A stretch of DNA of 12,938 nt. It comes from Candidatus Eiseniibacteriota bacterium (lineage in GTDB: Bacteria > Eisenbacteria > RBG-16-71-46 > CAZEPH01). The translations under genes were made by a program, and so were the position numbers. Positions 1 through 7,094 of the stretch are shown here, piece by piece; the stretch's first letter is position 1; each line of letters starts with the position of its first letter. Where the stretch lies: positions 1-12,938 of the forward strand of contig JBGATO010000091.1 of the NCBI GenBank assembly GCA_044229145.1, given 5' to 3'. The notes under the pieces are model-generated. The model was not told the DNA's origin. It made no database searches and saw only the letters and a list, made by a program, of their open reading frames with translations.

Positions 1-107
1 GCGCGGCTCCTACGCCGCGCACCCCTCGAACTCGGCCCGGAGTAAGTCCATCTCCAGCAACCAGGGGAGTATCGAGTTCGAACCTTGCCAGGCGAGGGCC
101 ACCACCC

Positions 108-144
108 AACACACAAAGAGGGCGCGGCTCCCGTCGCGCCCTCT
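108..144 (-). terminator. Putative Rho-independent terminator (possibly bidirectional)
   Basis: Perfect 10-bp inverted repeat AGAGGGCGCG (117-126) / CGCGCCCTCT (135-144). On the minus strand the stem is followed by TTGTGTGTT. Confidence 0.6.
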
Positions 145-345
145 CGCGTACTGGCGTCGTCCCCGACGCAGATGCGCCGGCGACAGGCCACTGCGTCCCG
201 TCCTCCCTACGGAACGTGCAGCATCTCGCCGGATGCAGTCGGCGCGCACCCGTCCCCAGATTCGGGGACCGCGCCAGCCGCAGGCGAGCATCGCAAGTGT
301 GGCGGATGCGGGACGGCGACGCCATGCGCGCCGTCAAGAGCCGAC

Positions 346-359
346 TTGATCGGCGTCAA
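346..359. promoter_or_regulatory. FNR/Dnr-type binding site
   Basis: TTGAT-CGGC-GTCAA matches 9/10 of the TTGAT-N4-ATCAA consensus. It overlaps the stop codon of the Fnr-family gene. Confidence 0.5.
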
Positions 360-1075
360 GTCGCGGAGGAATCGTCGTCCCGCAGCATCGCGCGCAGGGC
401 AGCCGCCTGCAGGATGCGCAGCGAATTCCGCGACAGTGCCACGACGCCGCGATCCGCCAACGCGCGCAGCACCCGTGACAGCGACTCCGGCGTCGTGCCG
501 ATCATCCGCGCCATATCCTGACGCCGCAGGTGGCGGCCGTCGATGACGCCGGGATGGCTCCCGCCTCGCGTGTGTTCGTCGAGGGAGAGCAGCAGCCTGG
601 CGACGCGCTGGCGGACCGGATGGTGGAGAAGATCCATCATCAAGTCCTCGGAGGTGCGCAGCTCGCGCGCCAACTTGCCCAAGAGCGCGCGTGCGAGATC
701 GGGGAGACCCGCGATCATCGCGCGCAGGTCGGCCGCGGGGATGACGCACACGGTGCAGTCCTCGACGGCTTCGGCGGAAGCCACGGCAGGCTCCCCGGCG
801 AGCAACGGGCGATACCCGAGCAACTCGCCGGGACCGAGCAAGCGCAGCACCTGTTCGTCACCGTTGCGGCGGGTCCGGAACACCTTCACCGATCCCGTGT
901 GCACGACGTACAACGCGGTGACGGGCAGGCCGGCATGCAGCAGCAGCTGACCACGACGAAACGTGTGCACGGCAGCGCGGGAGGCGACTCCGTGCTGGGC
1001 ATCCTCGAAGAGGCTGCACAGGGTAGGCGCGCCACGCCGGCGGCAGGCGGCGCACCGCGGGGAGTTGGGTTTCAC
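356..1075 (-). CDS. Crp/Fnr-family transcriptional regulator, FNR-like (probable [4Fe-4S] O2 sensor), 239 aa
   Basis: GTG start at 1075 with GAGG SD. N-terminal C-x2-C-x8-C, cNMP-binding fold (LYVVHTGSVKV...GPGELLG), central Cys in EDCTVCVIP, and HTH RQDMARMIGTTPESLSRVL with the E-x-x-SR recognition motif. Confidence 0.93.
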   Translation of the reverse strand: MKPNSPRCAACRRRGAPTLCSLFEDAQHGVASRAAVHTFRRGQLLLHAGLPVTALYVVHTGSVKVFRTRRNGDEQVLRLLGPGELLGYRPLLAGEPAVASAEAVEDCTVCVIPAADLRAMIAGLPDLARALLGKLARELRTSEDLMMDLLHHPVRQRVARLLLSLDEHTRGGSHPGVIDGRHLRRQDMARMIGTTPESLSRVLRALADRGVVALSRNSLRILQAAALRAMLRDDDSSAT

Positions 1076-1170
1076 GGATCCTCGCTGGAGGGGGCAGCAG
1101 GAACTGTCCCATCCGACTGGCGGCGGACGGGTCTGGGTCGCACGCCTGAGCATACGCGGGACGCGCCCGC

Positions 1171-1199
1171 TTGACGAAGGGCGACACTAGGCCCATCCT
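1171..1199 (+). promoter_or_regulatory. Putative sigma70-type promoter for the secreted-protein gene
   Basis: TTGACG-N17-CATCCT. AGGAG SD at 1260-1264 before the ATG at 1272. Confidence 0.4.
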
Positions 1200-1271
1200 C
1201 GCCGTCGCACCGCTGTCCCGCAGAACCGTCCCTGGCTCCCCACGTCGCAACCCTCTTCCAGGAGACTCCGC

Positions 1272-2891
1272 ATGCGCGCGCTCTGTCGACTCGCGATCTT
1301 GCTGTCCCTCGCCACGCTGAGTGGCGTCTCCACCGCCGACGCCGCGCCGCGCACCCCGGCGGTGCGTCCGGACGTGATGGTGGTCATCGACGAATTCGAC
1401 GACGGCGTCGTCGATCCCGCGCTGTGGCAGCCGATCGGCGGCGCGCTGCTGTCCGAGTCGGGCGGCAAGCTGGTGATCGAACGTGCGCCCGGGACCACCG
1501 GCACGTTCGGCGTGCAGTTCACCAATCCGTTCCCGCCGATCCAGCCGATCACGGCGCAGAACCAATACGCCAAGGACCGTTCGCACACCGGGCACGTAAC
1601 ACTGCTCAAGGCGGGGCCGCGCGCCGCGCCGAGCTACATGAACGTCATGGTGTTCGGCGCCGGCGGCAAGCACATGGACTCGACGGTGGTGAATCTCGAC
1701 ACCGGGGAATCCGTGTACTTCGATCGCGATGCCTTCGGTGAGTTGCGCGCGCGGCCCGGCGCGATCTCGACCACTGGCGCGCCGTTCGACTCGTTCCAGA
1801 TCGAATTGGCGCGCACGTATTCGCTGATTCCGCCGGCGTGCAAGGGCGACAAGTGCGACTACGGCTTCGACTGCTGCCCGCTGCTGATCGTGGCGAAGTG
1901 GCGCATCGGCGCGTCGGCGAATCGGGGCGGCGGGTCGTATCTCGATCCGACGCTCGGCTCGATCGGCTACGGCGGCGTGCAGTGGACGACCGACTCGGCG
2001 GACGCGTTCACCATCGACCGCTACGAGTTCCACTGCGGGCCGGACGACTACACCGGGCCTGAGTGGCGCATGACGCCGAACTACGTGCGCGCGGCGGGCG
2101 GCCAGACGGTCACGCTGAACGGCGGCCCTGGCTTCCTCGGGTGGGGCACGCCGACCGTCATGGTCAACGGCGTGGCCGCGCAAGGCGTCACGGTGGTCAA
2201 CGACACCACGATGCGCTTCATCGCACCGCCGAGCCCGACGCACGGCCTCGCGTCGGTGAGCGTGACGAGCGGCACCAGCGCAACCGAGGCGGTGCTCGAC
2301 GAAGACCTCGCGTACTACATCAGCGGGCAGCCGCTGCGCGTCAACCGCGACCCGGTGCCGATCGGTGTCGCGACGTTGCCGTACGCGGCGACCCTCAGCA
2401 CGCTCAACGCCGGCGCGGGTGGCGTGACGTGGGCGCTCATCTCGGGGGCGCTGCCGCCGGGCATAGCGCTGGCACCGGGCGGCGACCTCACCGGCACCTG
2501 TGCGACGCCGGGCGTCTGGGGCTTCCACGTGGTGGCCACCGATGCGCTCGGTCAGCAGGACGTGCGCTTGGTCTGGCTCGAGATCCAGTCGCCCGCGAGT
2601 GTCGAACTCGAGGCCGACGACGCGCTCACGCTGCGCGGCCCGAATCCGTCGCGCGGCACGCTCATGATGGCCTACCGGCTTCTGGGGTCCGGCGACGTCC
2701 ACCTCGATGTCGTCGACACCTTCGGCCGTGTGGTGCGCACGCTGGTGCACGGCCGCGAAGGTTCGGGACTCCACCAAGTGGCGTGGGACGGCCGCGACGC
2801 CCACGGTCGCAAAGTGGCCGCGGGCACCTACTACTACTGCCTGGCAATCAACGGCAAGGCGGACGTGACGAAGGCGATCGTGCTGCGCTGA
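1272..2891 (+). CDS. Secreted multidomain protein: signal peptide, ConA/lectin-like N-domain, IPT/TIG, Ig-like (He_PIG-type), C-terminal FlgD-Ig domain; 539 aa
   Basis: Sec signal MRALCRLAILLSLATLSGVSTADA. IPT signature TPNYVRAAGGQTVTLNG...VVNDTTMRFIAP. He_PIG-like WALISGALPPGIAL...LTGT. FlgD-Ig PNPSRG...GRVVRTLV...WDGRDAHGRKVAAGTYYY. Confidence 0.88.
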   Translation: MRALCRLAILLSLATLSGVSTADAAPRTPAVRPDVMVVIDEFDDGVVDPALWQPIGGALLSESGGKLVIERAPGTTGTFGVQFTNPFPPIQPITAQNQYAKDRSHTGHVTLLKAGPRAAPSYMNVMVFGAGGKHMDSTVVNLDTGESVYFDRDAFGELRARPGAISTTGAPFDSFQIELARTYSLIPPACKGDKCDYGFDCCPLLIVAKWRIGASANRGGGSYLDPTLGSIGYGGVQWTTDSADAFTIDRYEFHCGPDDYTGPEWRMTPNYVRAAGGQTVTLNGGPGFLGWGTPTVMVNGVAAQGVTVVNDTTMRFIAPPSPTHGLASVSVTSGTSATEAVLDEDLAYYISGQPLRVNRDPVPIGVATLPYAATLSTLNAGAGGVTWALISGALPPGIALAPGGDLTGTCATPGVWGFHVVATDALGQQDVRLVWLEIQSPASVELEADDALTLRGPNPSRGTLMMAYRLLGSGDVHLDVVDTFGRVVRTLVHGREGSGLHQVAWDGRDAHGRKVAAGTYYYCLAINGKADVTKAIVLR

Positions 2892-2915
2892 GCGCGCGAG
2901 TGCCGTGACATCACC

Positions 2916-2958
2916 AGGGCCCCGCTCCGTTCCGCACGGAGCGGGGCCTTCGTCGTGT
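2916..2958 (+). terminator. Rho-independent terminator hairpin after the secreted-protein gene
   Basis: 13-bp perfect stem GGCCCCGCTCCGT (2918-2930) / ACGGAGCGGGGCC (2936-2948) with a 5-nt loop, then TTCGTCGTGT, about 25 nt after the stop. Confidence 0.75.
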
Positions 2959-3176
2959 GGCGATCGAACGGCGAGGGAAGGCGGGCGACACGCAGCGGAT
3001 CCAGGAGCCCGTTGCCCCACGGATCGTTCGTACCGTGCAGAAGCTCGCGGATCACGACGGCGGCGATAGTAAAGGTGCGGGCAGGGGAAAGGCGCGGCAC
3101 GGCGTCGAGGCGCTCACGTGAATCGATCGCCGGCAGCGAGTGCTCACGAGGCTCCGCGCGATCGCGCCGGGCGGCG

Positions 3177-3893
3177 TTACTTCGTCGTGGGTAACCACCC
3201 CGCGCCGCGACCGGTCCACGATTGCCTGTCGACGGGAATGTGTCCGGTATCGCTGTAGGCGGCGATCTGGATTCCGCCATCGGGCCGCACCACCAGCGCG
3301 GTGATCGAGCCATTCCCGATGGTGAAGTGGAGCCACAGTTTCGGATCCACGCGCAGTGCCTGGGTCACGAACCAACGAATCACATTGCCGTGGCACACGA
3401 GGACGTCGTGCGCGTCGGCGTCTGGCGACGGCCGCATGTACTTCGCCCAGGCTGCCTCGAGGTTCGCCGCACACGCGGCGCGCTCGGCGTCTGTTGCGGT
3501 GGCGTTGATGTCGGGGCGATCGGAGTCGGGCGTGCACTCGTGCAGCAACGAGTCGCGCTCCGGCGTGCGATGCAGGATCGCGCCGATGTCGTCGGCGGTC
3601 TGCGCGGCGCGCAAGTAGGTGCTCGAGACGAAGCGGTCGATGTGCACGGGCAAGGAGGCAAGCCGTTCGCCGGTCAAGCGCGCCTGGTCGTGGCCACGCG
3701 CATTGAGGCCGTTGCCGCGCGTGTCGTCGACAACGGTGCTGTCGGCGTCGTAGAGGCCGTGGCGAACGAGGTAGACGTAGCGGTAGTGCGAGGCTTTCGG
3801 CGGAGCGCCGCCCATCGATTGCGCACGCAGCGGCGCGGCGTGGACCGTGAGCGCGAGCAGCGCGAGGGCGAGATAGCGCGAGTGGACGTGCAT
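3177..3893 (-). CDS. Histidine phosphatase family protein (branch 1), PGAM5-like, with signal peptide; 238 aa
   Basis: ATG at 3893 with GGGAGG SD 7 nt upstream. Motifs YLVRHG, SSTYLRAAQT, LLHE and VCHGNVIR. Signal peptide MHVHSRYLALALLALTVHAAPLRA|Q. Confidence 0.92.
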   Translation of the reverse strand: MHVHSRYLALALLALTVHAAPLRAQSMGGAPPKASHYRYVYLVRHGLYDADSTVVDDTRGNGLNARGHDQARLTGERLASLPVHIDRFVSSTYLRAAQTADDIGAILHRTPERDSLLHECTPDSDRPDINATATDAERAACAANLEAAWAKYMRPSPDADAHDVLVCHGNVIRWFVTQALRVDPKLWLHFTIGNGSITALVVRPDGGIQIAAYSDTGHIPVDRQSWTGRGAGWLPTTK

Positions 3894-3923
3894 CGGTAAG
3901 CCTCCCATCGACACGAGGGCGCG

Positions 3924-3952
3924 AGTATCGGCCCCTCGCGAGACGATGGCAA
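3924..3952 (-). promoter_or_regulatory. Putative sigma70 promoter of the phosphatase gene
   Basis: Minus strand TTGCCA-N17-GATACT, with the -10 ending about 30 nt upstream of the ATG. Confidence 0.45.
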
Positions 3953-3974
3953 GGAGACTGCCGGCCTCGTGTGC

Positions 3975-4004
3975 TGGACCGGAGCCGCGCCCGTGCTCTA
4001 CGAT
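3975..4004 (+). promoter_or_regulatory. Putative promoter of the prsW-like cluster
   Basis: TGGACC-N18-TACGAT, divergent from the phosphatase promoter. Confidence 0.3.
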
Positions 4005-4053
4005 GCGGCCGCCGGCCGCCGTCGCCGTGTCCTCGCCTCCAGTCGAGAGCTGC

Positions 4054-4815
4054 ATGCCGATCGCCTTGATTGCCGTCGGTGCCATCGCGCCCGCCGTGAT
4101 GCTCGCCGTCTACGTCTATCGCAAGGACCTGCACCGCGAGCCGGGGCGGCTGGTGCTGCGCGTGTTCGCGGGTGGTGCGTTGGCGACGCTGGCGGCGGCC
4201 GTCCTGGAGAGCGTGGGAGAGGCCGTGCTGCGTGGGACGCTGACGCACGCGGTGGTCGTGCATGGATTCCTCTCCGCGTTCCTGCTCGCGGCATGTGTTG
4301 AGGAAAGTCTCAAGTATCGCGTCGTGTTGTATGCCGCCCGCCAGTCGGCGTTCGACGAGCCGATGGACGGCATCGTCTACGGGGCGATGGCGTCACTCGG
4401 GTTCGCAGCGCTCGAGAATGTGGCATACGTGGCGCACGGAAGCTGGCAGGTTGCGGCGGTACGCGCGGTGCTGTCGGTCCCGGGGCACGCGGCCTATGGC
4501 GCGATCGCCGGCTACTATGTCGCGCAGGCGCGGTTCGCGCCGCACTGGCCCCATCGCGCACGGCGCGGTCTGTGGTGGGCGATCCTCCTGCACGGTTTGT
4601 ACGATTGGCCGGCGCTCACCGTGATGGCGTGGCGGGCGGCGCGCGGGCCCGCGTCGCCGCTGCCGGATGCGTTTGCGGTGACCGGCTTCTGGATGATCGG
4701 TGTGCAGGCGACGGCAATCGCGTGGGCCGTGCTGCTCATTCGGCGAACGCGGGCGCGCCAGATCGAGGCCACGCGGCGTGACGCGACGCCGATCGACGTC
4801 TCACGGGAGGTGTGA
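4054..4815 (+). CDS. prsW: PrsW-family intramembrane glutamic/metalloprotease, 253 aa
   Basis: Motifs YRKD..REP, VEESLK, FDEPMDGIVYG...LGFAALEN, PGHA and LLHGLYD. Multiple transmembrane segments. Confidence 0.9.
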   Translation: MPIALIAVGAIAPAVMLAVYVYRKDLHREPGRLVLRVFAGGALATLAAAVLESVGEAVLRGTLTHAVVVHGFLSAFLLAACVEESLKYRVVLYAARQSAFDEPMDGIVYGAMASLGFAALENVAYVAHGSWQVAAVRAVLSVPGHAAYGAIAGYYVAQARFAPHWPHRARRGLWWAILLHGLYDWPALTVMAWRAARGPASPLPDAFAVTGFWMIGVQATAIAWAVLLIRRTRARQIEATRRDATPIDVSREV

Positions 4816-4817
4816 CG

Positions 4818-5849
4818 ATGCGACGATTCGCCCTCGGAATGGTGGCGCTCTTGGGTGCGTGTGTGGCGATGCGAGCGGCGGATGCGGCGATGCCGCCGCA
4901 CGAGACGCCGCTCTTCGAAGGCATTGGCGTGTGCTTCGCGCCCGACTCGTTCGCGACGGTGACGGCGCCGGACGCGCACGGCGTGGCGCGGCGCGATCGC
5001 GGCCGGGAGCTCGAACGGACACTCGAGTTGCCGCGGCCGTCGGCGCGGCGGCTGACGTTGCACGTCGTCTGCGACCCGGTCGCCAAGTCGGAGCGCGAGG
5101 TGTGGGATCGCTTCGATCGCGCGGGGAACGTGCGGCTGGTGGTGCCGGGCGCGCCGGATCTCGAACTCGGACGCTTCATGACGGCGTACGGGGGGCACTG
5201 CGCGTTCGACTTCGACGTCACGCCGTATGCGCCGCTGTTGCGCGGCCGGGTGACGGTGCGCGCGTTCATCGACACGTGGTCGGCGCCGGCGTGGACGCTC
5301 TCGGCGACATTACGCGAGGAGGCGAGCGCACCTCTCGACACCACGGCATGGGCGGCGCCCGTGTACTTCGCGCCGTCGTTCGACGCGGAGCACATGCCGC
5401 GCGGAGATAGCGCGATCGTCGTCGTGCCGCGCGGGATGCGGCGCGTCGTGCTGCGTTTCGTCTCGACCGGCCACTGCACCGACGGCACGGACGCCGACGA
5501 GTTCATCTCGAAGGCGAACGTGATCCGCGTCGACGGGCGCGTCGTCGCGCGCGTGCATCCGTGGCGCGACGACTGCCGTCAGTATCGCGACCGCAATCCC
5601 TACTGCACCCGGTGGGCCGACGGCTCGTGGTCCTGCGATTACAGTCGCAGTGGGTGGTGCCCAGGCACCGAGGTCGCGCCGCTCGAGTTCGACCTGACGG
5701 ATGCGCTGACGCCGGGGCGGCACACGGTGAGCTTCGCCATCGAGGACATGCGGCCACGCGACGCGCAGGGAAATTACGGGTATTGGCGGGTGTCGGCGGC
5801 CTTAGTGGGCTGGGATCATGCGCCGGCGCTGTGGCGCAATCCGGACTAG
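4818..5849 (+). CDS. Secreted peptide-N-glycosidase F (PNGase F)-related protein, 343 aa
   Basis: GGGAGG SD 7 nt before the ATG at 4818 and an N-terminal signal peptide. Motifs FDR, ELGRFMTAYG, DVTPYAPLLRG, FIDTW, TGH...DEF, WRDDC and RSGWCPG are typical of the PNGase F N and C domains. Confidence 0.82.
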   Translation: MRRFALGMVALLGACVAMRAADAAMPPHETPLFEGIGVCFAPDSFATVTAPDAHGVARRDRGRELERTLELPRPSARRLTLHVVCDPVAKSEREVWDRFDRAGNVRLVVPGAPDLELGRFMTAYGGHCAFDFDVTPYAPLLRGRVTVRAFIDTWSAPAWTLSATLREEASAPLDTTAWAAPVYFAPSFDAEHMPRGDSAIVVVPRGMRRVVLRFVSTGHCTDGTDADEFISKANVIRVDGRVVARVHPWRDDCRQYRDRNPYCTRWADGSWSCDYSRSGWCPGTEVAPLEFDLTDALTPGRHTVSFAIEDMRPRDAQGNYGYWRVSAALVGWDHAPALWRNPD

Positions 5850-5897
5850 ACGCGGCCCTCGCGCCGGGCGCCGTCGACGTGGTCTAATCGGCGGCTC

Positions 5898-7094
5898 ATG
5901 ACCTTCGCGTCCTATCGCGCACTGTTCGCGCGGCCTCACGCTCTGCGCTTGTCGCTGTGTTCGCTGCTCGGGCGATTGCCCGCGGGCATGCTGTCGCTCG
6001 CGGTGATCTTGCTCATGCGCGCCGAGCACGCGAACTTCCGCGACATTGGGCTGGTCCTCGGCGTGTCGGCGCTCGCCAACGGCATCATGCAGCCGTTGCA
6101 AGGACGGCTGCTCGACCGCTTTGGCCACGCGCGCGTCCTGTGGCCCTGCGCGATCGCGTTCCCCTCGGCGATGCTGGCGCTCGCGATGGCGATCGTGCGC
6201 CACGTCCCGACGCCGGGCCTGCTCGCCACGGCCGCGGCGGTCGGTCTGACGGCGCCGTCGCTGTCGGCGTGTATGCGCCTGCTGTGGTCGCGCATGCTGA
6301 CCGACACCGAGGAACTGCACACCGCATTCGCCTTCGAGTCGATCGCGCAGGAAATCATCTTCATCGCCGGACCATTGCTCGCGGCGGCGGCGAGCGCGTG
6401 GTCACCGCTGGCGCCGATGGCGATCACCGCGTCGGCGACGTTGATCGGCACCATCGGCTTCGTCACCGCCGAACCGTCGCGGACGTTTCGCGGCATGCCG
6501 CCGCACGTCACGCATCCGCTGGGGCCGCTGGTGTCGCCGGGCGTGCGCACGATGCTGGGGATTACTTTGTGTGTTGCGCTCGGCTTCGGCGCGGTGGAAG
6601 TGACGATGCCGGCGTTTGCCGAACACTTCGGCCACGCGGGGCGCTCGGGTGTGCTGCTGGCATTGTGGGGTGTGGGCAGCATGATCGGCGGTGTGTTCGC
6701 GGGGACGCGCCGGTGGGAAGGCCCGGTGGAGCGCCGTCACGCCATCCTGCTCGTGATGTTGGCCGTCAGCTTTGCGGCGCTCCTGCTGGCGCGCTCGATC
6801 GCCGGGATGGGTGTGCTGGTGGCTATCGCGGGCCTGGCGATCGCGCCGTGGATCTCGACGGGCTACCTGCTCATCGACCGCCTCGCGCCCAAGGGCACGA
6901 CGACGGAAGCGTCGACGTGGCTTCTCACCGGATTCTCGCTCGGCATGGCGACGGGCCGTGCGCTGTCGGGCACGGCGATCGACGCGTACGGCCCGCGCGC
7001 CGGCACGGTGTTGGCGGCGGTGGCGGTGGCGGCGGGCGCCGCGATCGCGTTCGCGTGGAGCAAGACGTTGCGCGCGCCGGCGGAAGCCGCCTAG
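5898..7094 (+). CDS. Major facilitator superfamily transporter, 398 aa
   Basis: About 12 hydrophobic segments. MFS motif A GRLLDRFGHARV and AFAFES...IFIAGP. Confidence 0.9.
   Translation: MTFASYRALFARPHALRLSLCSLLGRLPAGMLSLAVILLMRAEHANFRDIGLVLGVSALANGIMQPLQGRLLDRFGHARVLWPCAIAFPSAMLALAMAIVRHVPTPGLLATAAAVGLTAPSLSACMRLLWSRMLTDTEELHTAFAFESIAQEIIFIAGPLLAAAASAWSPLAPMAITASATLIGTIGFVTAEPSRTFRGMPPHVTHPLGPLVSPGVRTMLGITLCVALGFGAVEVTMPAFAEHFGHAGRSGVLLALWGVGSMIGGVFAGTRRWEGPVERRHAILLVMLAVSFAALLLARSIAGMGVLVAIAGLAIAPWISTGYLLIDRLAPKGTTTEASTWLLTGFSLGMATGRALSGTAIDAYGPRAGTVLAAVAVAAGAAIAFAWSKTLRAPAEAA

Noticed and set aside
1..104. 5S rRNA or canonical tRNA
   Set aside because: Short words (GAACTC, GAGTA, TGCCAGGC, GTTCGAA, ACCA) are present, but spacing does not fit 5S, and there is no D or anticodon arm or correct T-arm-to-CCA distance.
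1..192. Minus-strand GTG ORF after GGGAGG running off the left edge
   Set aside because: The translation (MACRRRICVG...) is not protein-like, has poor codon bias and crosses a terminator hairpin.
858..3020. 720-aa minus-strand ORF
   Set aside because: Antisense shadow of the secreted-protein gene; Arg/His-rich with no motifs, typical of high-GC DNA.
2960..3176. Cobalamin-riboswitch-like words (GGGAAGGC...CCAGGAG)
   Set aside because: Lies between convergent gene ends, lacks the other conserved B12-element motifs, and has no downstream gene to control.
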